Shown here: one piece after another, positions 1 through 4,454 of the stretch | How positions within the stretch are numbered: the first letter of the stretch is position 1 | How the letters are laid out: each line of letters starts with the position of its first letter | Source of the DNA: a virus | Taxonomy: Duplodnaviria; Heunggongvirae; Uroviricota; Caudoviricetes | Direction: 5' to 3' (one strand) | Virus record (IMG/VR): IMGVR_UViG_2645727555_000025 | Location: 1 to 4,454 of that record | DNA: 4,454 nt | Position numbers and translations under genes: made by a program | Notes under the pieces: model-generated | Seen by the model: the letters and a program-made list of their open reading frames with translations, nothing else | What the model was told of the DNA's origin: nothing | Databases searched by the model: none

Positions 1-39
1 TTGACGGACTTCAGGGGAAAAACGAGTATTTTTAGTCAT
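1..39 (-). CDS. IS3-family transposase OrfA, N-terminal 13 codons only (partial, runs off window)
   Basis: ATG at complement 39..37 preceded by AAGAGGT; translation MTKNTRFSPEVRQ... matches the remembered N-terminus of IS629-type OrfA. Confidence 0.65.
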   Translation of the reverse strand, partial: MTKNTRFSPEVRQ

Positions 40-68
40 CCTGTTTACCTCTTTCTCAGGAAGTTTAG

Positions 69-93
69 TCTCCAGGATTCCCGGGGCGGTTCA
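69..93 (-). repeat. Terminal inverted repeat (IRL) of the IS3-family element
   Basis: Reverse complement of 69-93 is TGAACCGCCCCGGGAATCCTGGAGA, a 25-bp end beginning with the 5'-TG typical of IS3-family termini. Confidence 0.65.
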
Positions 94-124
94 AGCAGGT
101 GATTTCAGCTCCGCTTTAAATGAG

Positions 125-706
125 TTGGAGTTAGCTCATGAGCCTATAAACGTAATTAAGGCTGAAAGTGTTGAATCTGCCGAAAACGAGCCAGAACAAT
201 TGGGATTTATTGAGGTTGAAGAGTGTGTTGAGGTTAATGATGAATTAAAAGTTCAACAGTCAAATGATAGCAATACAAATAAAAAAGCTCGTACTGCAAG
301 AGGTCCTCGTTTTACTTTAAGTGATAAAGATGATTTGTTTTTCAATAAAGCAGGCTTAGAAAAAGATATTTTCTTAGACGCTTACGAAAACGCGCCTGTC
401 AAAGCAAAGGATAAGATATTAAACCTTCTTAATTGGTTTAGCGGAGGTCCAGATATTAGTGTTTACACGGTAATTTCCATGAGACACCTTCTCACAGAAA
501 AGAAGGCTACAAGTAATAGTATTAAGATTGCTTTAATGAGCAATCCAGAAAAACCGTATCCGCTTAACACTGCGTCAACTCAGGCTGGGCAAATGATGGC
601 TGTATTTCCAGCTACAGGAATTGCTGTTAGAGACGGTGGAAATCTAACATTGAACGAAGAATCACCGATCGTTAAGAAGTTTGTCGCGGAGTACACTATT
701 GGATGA
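125..706 (+). CDS. Hypothetical protein (193 codons from TTG), acidic N-terminal segment; probably the 3' portion of a gene interrupted by the IS insertion
   Basis: Frame is open from nt 5 to stop at 704-706 with no ATG/GTG before 479 and no convincing SD at TTG 125; the IS end lies at nt 93, so the native 5' end is likely displaced. No recognisable motif. Confidence 0.45.
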   Translation: MELAHEPINVIKAESVESAENEPEQLGFIEVEECVEVNDELKVQQSNDSNTNKKARTARGPRFTLSDKDDLFFNKAGLEKDIFLDAYENAPVKAKDKILNLLNWFSGGPDISVYTVISMRHLLTEKKATSNSIKIALMSNPEKPYPLNTASTQAGQMMAVFPATGIAVRDGGNLTLNEESPIVKKFVAEYTIG

Positions 707-746
707 CGTTCCCCTACTGAAAATAAAGCCCATAGAGAGCTTTATA

Positions 747-776
747 GTGCTGGGTAAGCTAACCCATACCCAGCAC
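747..776. other. Stem-loop (10-bp stem GTGCTGGGTA / TACCCAGCAC, 10-nt loop)
   Basis: Perfect inverted repeat 747-756 versus 767-776, read directly. Confidence 0.4.
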
Positions 777-780
777 CACA

Positions 781-828
781 AAAACGCGCCAGAGAGCTTC
801 TTGTTCGCATTTCTGGCGCGTTTTATTT
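781..828. terminator. Bidirectional rho-independent terminator
   Basis: 13-bp perfect stem AAAACGCGCCAGA (781-793) / TCTGGCGCGTTTT (812-824) with GC-rich core, A-tract on the 5' side and TTTTATTT on the 3' side; lies between the ORF at 125-706 and the methyltransferase gene. Confidence 0.6.
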
Positions 829-857
829 GATTGCCATACATAAAATCAAATGCAAAA

Positions 858-877
858 ATAGGTAATCACTTACCTAT
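858..877. promoter_or_regulatory. Inverted repeat ATAGGTAA-TCAC-TTACCTAT just upstream of the methyltransferase start; candidate operator or translation-initiation hairpin
   Basis: 8-bp arms at 858-865 and 870-877, 4-bp spacer, ending 11 nt before ATG 889 and adjacent to the purine-rich RBS region. Confidence 0.3.
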
Positions 878-888
878 CGAGAAAGAAG

Positions 889-1482
889 ATGATTGCAGCC
901 GAAAAAATCAAACAGCGAAAGCGCGACAACTCTCTTCGTGACCTCTGGAGAACACCTGATTGGCTGTTTTCTGCCATTCAACGTTATCTTGGAGTGACAT
1001 TTGATGTTGACGTTGCCTGCAACAAGGACAATGCAAAGCTGCCTATTTTCATAGGCGTTGAGCGCGATGCTTTGAAATCTGAATGGGGGCAGCCAGGTAC
1101 AATTGCCTTCCTCAATCCACCCTACTCCAAAATCTCCCCCTGGATTGATGCGGCTATACGTGAGCAGGCTCGCGGAGTTACAACAGTGATGCTAATTCCT
1201 CAATCCCTCGATACAAAGTGGTATGAGCGTGCAACAGAGTATGCGAATGAGACGATTATTCTGTCTGGTGGCCGCGTTGCGTTTGTCGAGCCTGACGTCA
1301 ATTTGGGTCAGGTAGAAGTAAACATCAACCCCGGTGGCAGTATGCTCGTTGTTTTTCGAGGGTTTTGTCAGGACGCTGGGCACTCTATAAGCAAGATCCC
1401 TTTGGACGTCATGAAAAGTCTGGGAGGGTATGATCCTGCGAATGTGATCAGGAAAAAAAGACCATCAAAGAAGGCTGCTTAG
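889..1482 (+). CDS. Phage-type DNA N6-adenine methyltransferase (Dam family, Pfam PF05869-like), orphan
   Basis: 197 aa; N-terminal WRTPDWLF motif and NPPYS catalytic motif (the D/N-P-P-Y/F motif IV of amino-methyltransferases); purine-rich stretch before ATG 889. Confidence 0.85.
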   Translation: MIAAEKIKQRKRDNSLRDLWRTPDWLFSAIQRYLGVTFDVDVACNKDNAKLPIFIGVERDALKSEWGQPGTIAFLNPPYSKISPWIDAAIREQARGVTTVMLIPQSLDTKWYERATEYANETIILSGGRVAFVEPDVNLGQVEVNINPGGSMLVVFRGFCQDAGHSISKIPLDVMKSLGGYDPANVIRKKRPSKKAA

Positions 1483-1503
1483 TTTGCTCTGGCGTCTGTA
1501 ATT

Positions 1504-1562
1504 AGCCTGCTTCTGTATATATAAATAACTACATATTAATTATTAATATACGGAAGCAGGCT
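1504..1562. repeat. GC-clamped inverted repeat (12-bp arms) enclosing a 35-nt AT-rich palindromic core; candidate terminator or operator/promoter element
   Basis: AGCCTGCTTCTG (1504-1515) pairs with CGGAAGCAGGCT (1551-1562), one G-U equivalent. Core contains the perfect 17-bp palindrome ATATTAAT-T-ATTAATAT (1533-1549). Lies 22 bp after the methyltransferase stop. Confidence 0.45.
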
Positions 1563-1668
1563 GTTTTGTATCAGAGACTCCCAGACCTGAACATCACTAC
1601 AGAATCCACTAGACCCCCTTCCCAGACGCTTTAAAATCGATTTTATGAACCACTTTAAGGAAACCAAC

Positions 1669-1899
1669 ATGTCATACCCGACTAATGTCGTTGCGCTCGT
1701 AGAGAGCGATTTTCTGGCCCAGGCTCGTGAAATGATGAAAGATCGTGAGCAGGCTTTCAACTTGTACGAGTGGGCAATTAAGTGCTTGCATCTTGGCGAG
1801 CATCGCGAACTTGTTGAACAGCTTTTAGGTGAGTTGATCAATGAGGTGTTTGCCTTGAATGTTCAACTACATGGTCGAGAAAATAATCAATCACAATGA
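1669..1899 (+). CDS. Hypothetical small protein (76 aa)
   Basis: ATG 1669 preceded by AAGGA (1657-1661) at 7-nt spacing, preferred over the ORF-track ATG at 1645 which has no SD. Acidic, helix-like composition; no recognised family. Confidence 0.55.
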   Translation: MSYPTNVVALVESDFLAQAREMMKDREQAFNLYEWAIKCLHLGEHRELVEQLLGELINEVFALNVQLHGRENNQSQ

Positions 1900-2319
1900 T
1901 AGATAAGTACAAACTATTCATAAAGTGAATTGTAAGTGCTAAGATCTGATAGTTTCCAGTCGTAGACTGGAGGCTCGACCTGATGGGTGGGGGTAAGCGT
2001 CACTGGCGTCAGGTTTAAAAAAGCTCACTACCAGCGTAGAACCGGTGCCGTATAGGTGTCGGGGAAGGGGGAACCAAAGTGAGCAGAGACAAGGGTCACT
2101 TTATGATTGTCGAGTCTGGGGTGTTTCGAGAGGTTGAATCCAGTACTCCCCTTCATAAAGTGTGGGAAGATCTCGGTTCTGGGGTGCTGTCATCCATAAC
2201 TTCCCAAGTCTAAGCTGGCAGTAGACTTAGACCATAGCTTTTCAGGTTATGAAACGACCAGGTTGGTGAGGAATTTTATACTCACCTCCCTGGGAGAGTA
2301 TTACCTGAAAAGACAACCT

Positions 2320-2357
2320 CTCACTTCGTTCGAGGTGAACTTCACTCACTTCGTTCG
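2320..2357. repeat. Two perfect 13-bp direct repeats CTCACTTCGTTCG (2320-2332 and 2345-2357) flanking the small palindrome GTGAAC-TTCAC
   Basis: Read directly; about 125 bp upstream of the RNase H start codon. Confidence 0.6.
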
Positions 2358-2418
2358 TTCAGTTCAGGTTTATAAAAACCTGTTCTGGGAAGTAATTTGT
2401 TTATTTTAATAATTATTA

Positions 2419-2443
2419 ACACGCACGCGTGTGCGCACGCGCG
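2419..2443. promoter_or_regulatory. 25-nt perfectly alternating purine-pyrimidine tract (ACACGCACGCGTGTGCGCACGCGCG) with nested palindromes, in the RNase H promoter/5' UTR
   Basis: Strict Pu/Py alternation across 2419-2443; palindromes CACGCGTG (2424-2431) and GTGCGCAC (2431-2438); preceded by an AT-rich stretch (2393-2418) and followed by SD AGGAG (2471-2475). Confidence 0.5.
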
Positions 2444-2480
2444 AGGAAAAATCGGCGCGGCGCTTGATTCAGGAGTTTAT

Positions 2481-3071
2481 ATGACGACGAAGACACCAGC
2501 CCGATCGCAAGCAAAAACTCGCAAAAAAGACAAAAACAAAAATTCTCCCCGCACCAATCCCACAACGCCTGTCGTAGAGTTCAATCCCCAGCTTAAAACC
2601 GTGAAAATCTTTAGTGATGGCTCTTGCCTTAAAAATCCGGGTGGCCCGGGCGGTTACGGTATCGTTCTCCAGTATCGTGGTGAGGAACGCGAGTTCTCAG
2701 ATGGTTTTCATAGCACCACCAATAACCGCATGGAGATGATGGGGGCACTTATCGGGCTGGAGCGTTTGAAATATCCATGCAACGTTATTTTGCACTCTGA
2801 TAGCCAGTATCTGAAAAACGGCATGACACAGTGGATGAAATGGTGGAAACGCAATGGATGGATGACTTCTGACAAAAAACCGGTAAAGAATGTTGATCTG
2901 TGGAAGCGTCTGGATGAGGCCGCAAGTCGACATAATGTTCGCTGGAAGTGGGTTAAAGGTCACGCCGGGCATCGTGAAAATGAAATATGTGATCGACTCG
3001 CGAAGATCGCAGCTTTTTCAGCAGCAGATATGCCTCACAAGAAAGATATTGGTTTTGTTTATAACAAATAG
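2481..3071 (+). CDS. Ribonuclease HI homolog (RNase H type 1 fold) with a ~40-aa basic, low-complexity N-terminal extension
   Basis: 196 aa. From residue ~40 it aligns with E. coli RNase HI as I remember it: catalytic D (IFSDGSC), E (NNRMEMM), D (HSDSQY), H (KGHAGH), D (ICDRLA) and the GYG motif are all present. N-terminal 40 residues rich in K/R/T/P. Strong SD AGGAG 5 nt before ATG 2481, preferred over the ORF-track TTG at 2397. Confidence 0.85.
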   Translation: MTTKTPARSQAKTRKKDKNKNSPRTNPTTPVVEFNPQLKTVKIFSDGSCLKNPGGPGGYGIVLQYRGEEREFSDGFHSTTNNRMEMMGALIGLERLKYPCNVILHSDSQYLKNGMTQWMKWWKRNGWMTSDKKPVKNVDLWKRLDEAASRHNVRWKWVKGHAGHRENEICDRLAKIAAFSAADMPHKKDIGFVYNK

Positions 3072-3168
3072 TAAGTAAGTGTTTACCTATCATTTTAAAT
3101 CATGTATCTTATCGGCGTCAGGATGACAATGTGTCGGTAAGACACAGTTCCAGGATGGAACGAGAAAG

Positions 3169-3190
3169 GCGGCTGGCAATCGCCAGCCGC
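3169..3190 (+). terminator. GC-rich hairpin (9-bp stem, 4-nt loop), possible terminator/attenuator after the RNase H gene
   Basis: GCGGCTGGC-AATC-GCCAGCCGC followed by AACTCTTTCT, a weak U-tract. Confidence 0.4.
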
Positions 3191-3219
3191 AACTCTTTCT
3201 GACACTGGATGGAGTCCAC

Positions 3220-3714
3220 ATGGCACGTCAAACCTATTTCACTTCTGTAACTAAACGTCCTCGTTCTTTACGTCAAATTTTGGCCGAATTATTTAGCGGT
3301 CGTGTTATGTCACGTCTTGATGAACTAGAGACTACCGTTCGGTTGCTGAATGAACGTTTAGATAATCAAGCGTCAGTTGTTGCGAACGTGGGGGCGATTG
3401 TTGCCTCTGGTTCTTCACGCGAAGCGAAAAATGCACGGCCTTTAGTGAAGGAGAAAAACAACAAGGACAGTTCGAATGGAAAATTTTCAAAGAAAGAGGC
3501 TGAAACCAATGGCCTACGTTCTCATTATAGTTTCACTGGCGACGGTAGCCGTTCCAGCCGGTCAGAGCCTTTTGATGCCGGATTCATCCATCACCACACC
3601 TTCGTCGACGACAATTACCACCACTCCAGTGGAGCGTCCTGTCACTCTGGATGGGATGGCGGTGGATGCGATACCTCAAGTTCATCCAGTTACTCAGGAT
3701 CATGCTGTGACTAA
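3220..3714 (+). CDS. Hypothetical protein, predicted coiled-coil N-terminal half; C-terminal third is low-complexity (His/Ser/Cys/Gly) and may not be translated as drawn
   Basis: ATG 3220 with GGAG (3211-3214) at 5-nt spacing; first ~85 codons look like genuine coding sequence (amphipathic LDELETTVRLLNERLDN). From ~3480 the +1 frame looks more gene-like than this frame. Confidence 0.4.
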   Translation: MARQTYFTSVTKRPRSLRQILAELFSGRVMSRLDELETTVRLLNERLDNQASVVANVGAIVASGSSREAKNARPLVKEKNNKDSSNGKFSKKEAETNGLRSHYSFTGDGSRSSRSEPFDAGFIHHHTFVDDNYHHSSGASCHSGWDGGGCDTSSSSSYSGSCCD

Positions 3715-3727
3715 GGCGGTTGTATGA
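3476..3727 (+). CDS. Small secreted or membrane-anchored Thr/Pro-rich protein (83 aa) with N-terminal signal-peptide-like segment
   Basis: ATG 3476 preceded by AAGGA (3463-3467); basic n-region MENFQRKRLKP, hydrophobic h-region MAYVLIIVSLATVAV, then PAGQS and a T/S/P-rich region; codon choice looks typical for enterobacterial genes; stop TGA overlaps the next ATG. Confidence 0.5.
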   Translation: MENFQRKRLKPMAYVLIIVSLATVAVPAGQSLLMPDSSITTPSSTTITTTPVERPVTLDGMAVDAIPQVHPVTQDHAVTKAVV

Positions 3728-3912
3728 ACTGGTTTTCAAATCACTTTGGAAAAATTTGGCTGGCAATTCTTGCCCTCATGGCCGCCGGTTGGGTATCGAA
3801 CATTATAAAACTTGTTTGCTCTGGCGATCTCCAGTTTCAGGCTGGCATGACCTTGGCTCGTGTAGTTGGGATTTTTATTTTTCCAGTCGGTTCGGTACTT
3901 GGTTATTTCTGA
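3724..3912 (+). CDS. Small membrane protein (62 aa, two predicted transmembrane helices)
   Basis: ATG 3724 overlaps the upstream stop (ATGA), SD-like AAGGCGG upstream; hydrophobic segments IWLAILALMAAGWV and LARVVGIFIFPVGSVLGYF. Preferred over the W/C-rich ORF at 3720-3950 in another frame. Confidence 0.5.
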   Translation: MNWFSNHFGKIWLAILALMAAGWVSNIIKLVCSGDLQFQAGMTLARVVGIFIFPVGSVLGYF

Positions 3913-3944
3913 CGGTTGTTAGTGCATATGCATTGACCGTCTTT
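3911..3944 (+). terminator. Hairpin (GACGGT / ACCGTC stem around the palindrome TGCATATGCA) followed by CTTT; possible terminator
   Basis: Arms 3911-3916 and 3936-3941; inner palindrome 3923-3932; short T-run 3942-3944. Confidence 0.35.
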
Positions 3945-4005
3945 GCGTAAGCAATTTATTTAACTAGAAAACAACTTGTTTTGACAAATAACAAAAGGAA
4001 AACAC

Positions 4006-4416
4006 ATGTTAGGTTTCTTCAAAAAGAAAACTCGTAAAGCAGTTATCGAAGTCAAAAAAATGGAGAACCGTGATGCGGTTGAGGCCACCGTGTGGGGCGC
4101 GTACATGATCTCCTATGCCGACGGCACATGTGACGCAAAAGAAATTGCCATTCTTGAGAAGACAATTGCAGCTCTGCCTGCGTTTTCTCCGTTTGCTGGT
4201 GAAATTGCCCAAATGAGCGCCAATATCCGTGCTCGTTACGAAGCGTCCCCTCGTTCTGCTAATGCACAGGCTATTCGTGAGCTGTCTGATATTGCTGGTA
4301 CTCCAGAGGCGGTCGATGTTCTGTGTCTGTGCCTTGATATTGCCGATCAGGATGGCATTGGTCGAGTAGGCAGCCTGACGGCTGCGGCTTGTCATGGTCT
4401 GCAATTACCGTTATAA
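4006..4416 (+). CDS. TerB-fold (tellurite-resistance TerB-like) protein, 136 aa
   Basis: SD AAGGA (3995-3999) 6 nt before ATG 4006. N-terminus M-x-x-FF-K and two A-D-G-containing helical segments (YADGTCDAKEIAILEKTI; DIADQDGIGRVGSL) resemble the paired ADG motifs of TerB as I remember them. Confidence 0.7.
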   Translation: MLGFFKKKTRKAVIEVKKMENRDAVEATVWGAYMISYADGTCDAKEIAILEKTIAALPAFSPFAGEIAQMSANIRARYEASPRSANAQAIRELSDIAGTPEAVDVLCLCLDIADQDGIGRVGSLTAAACHGLQLPL

Positions 4417-4454
4417 AAACAGGCAATGTCATTGTCTTTCAGGTGGTTATATGG

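Larger units (their letters stand above)
1..93 (-). mobile_element. IS3-family insertion sequence (IS629-like), terminal ~93 bp including the left inverted repeat; partial, element continues beyond window start
   Basis: Minus strand of 1-93 reads 5'-TGAACCGCCCCGGGAATCCTGGAGACTAAACTTCCTGAGAAAGAGGTAAACAGGATGACTAAAAATACTCG...; it starts with TG and has a strong SD (AAGAGGT) 7 nt before an ATG, as IS3-family left ends do. Matches my recollection of the IS629/IS1203 left end; not database-verified. Confidence 0.7.

Noticed and set aside
1192-1383. 63-aa minus-strand ORF inside the methyltransferase gene
   Set aside because: Entirely antisense to a well-supported CDS, no start signals, non-protein-like composition.
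1645-1668. Upstream ATG at 1645 proposed by the ORF track for the small protein
   Set aside because: No SD before it; ATG 1669 has AAGGA at ideal spacing.
1536-1841. 101-aa minus-strand ORF
   Set aside because: Cys/Ser/Arg-rich low-complexity translation; overlaps the AT-rich palindrome and the better-supported plus-strand 76-aa gene.
2132-2141. tRNA T-loop-like motif GGTTGAATCC
   Set aside because: No acceptor stem, D-arm or anticodon arm could be assembled around it.
2000-2220. Single long imperfect hairpin of the kind formed by plasmid ssDNA promoters
   Set aside because: Two short segments pair in one register (2038-2044 with 2174-2180; 2064-2070 with 2148-2154), but the bases between them do not pair when checked by hand; left as a hypothesis needing proper folding.
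2397-2480. TTG start at 2397 extending the RNase H ORF by 28 codons
   Set aside because: The extension translates the AT-rich region and the alternating Pu/Py tract into implausible sequence ([17 protein letters not shown]); ATG 2481 has a strong SD.
1900-2480. Retron msr-msd ncRNA
   Set aside because: No reverse transcriptase gene in the window and no characteristic flanking a1/a2 inverted repeats found.
2697-3078. ORFs at 2697-2972 (minus) and 2890-3078 (plus) within the RNase H gene
   Set aside because: Embedded in or antisense to a CDS with clear homology; no independent support.
3220-3727. Rz/Rz1-type spanin pair
   Set aside because: The outer ORF has no N-terminal transmembrane segment and the inner ORF has no lipobox cysteine, so the defining spanin features are absent despite the similar layout.
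3584-3950. ORFs at 3584-3766 (minus) and 3720-3950 (plus, TTG start)
   Set aside because: W/C/R-rich implausible translations that compete with better-supported ORFs in other frames.
3981-3986. Perfect TTGACA -35 hexamer
   Set aside because: Only 19 bp upstream of ATG 4006 with no -10 hexamer at proper spacing; probably chance.
4009-4404. 131-aa minus-strand ORF
   Set aside because: Antisense to the TerB-like CDS, which has an SD and family-like motifs; this translation is low-complexity.
4441-4454. Possible start of a further gene (GGTGG then ATG at 4451)
   Set aside because: Only 4 nt of coding sequence in the window; cannot be supported.
1-4454. CRISPR array, rRNA or tRNA genes
   Set aside because: No regularly spaced direct repeats with unique spacers and no recognisable rRNA or tRNA structure anywhere in the window.

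Overview
This 4.45 kb window reads as a mosaic accessory region of an enterobacterial mobile element (prophage, island or plasmid), not core chromosome. All calls are from reading the sequence by hand; no database search was run. Left edge (1-93, minus strand): terminal part of an IS3-family insertion sequence resembling IS629, with its terminal inverted repeat and the first 13 codons of the transposase OrfA running out of the window. The IS abuts a 193-codon plus-strand ORF (125-706) with no ATG or Shine-Dalgarno, probably the 3' remnant of an IS-interrupted gene. After a bidirectional terminator (781-828) comes a phage-type DNA N6-adenine methyltransferase (889-1482; WRTPDWLF and NPPYS motifs) with no restriction partner in view. 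Next are a GC-clamped inverted repeat around an AT-rich palindrome (1504-1562), a 76-aa hypothetical protein (1669-1899), and a ~580 bp stretch (1900-2480) with no ORF of 60 aa or more but several internal repeats. The most notable gene is an RNase HI homolog (2481-3071) with all catalytic residues and a ~40-aa Lys/Arg/Pro/Thr-rich N-terminal extension, preceded by a 25-nt perfectly alternating purine-pyrimidine tract. Downstream lie a coiled-coil ORF (3220-3714) overlapped out of frame by a small signal-peptide protein (3476-3727), which is translationally coupled (ATGA) to a 62-aa two-helix membrane protein (3724-3912), then a TerB-fold protein (4006-4416). No rRNA, tRNA or CRISPR array was found. 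My best candidate for an undescribed module is the methyltransferase / small protein / ORF-free repeat region / extended RNase H block, with the secreted-plus-membrane pair second; both are hypotheses only.
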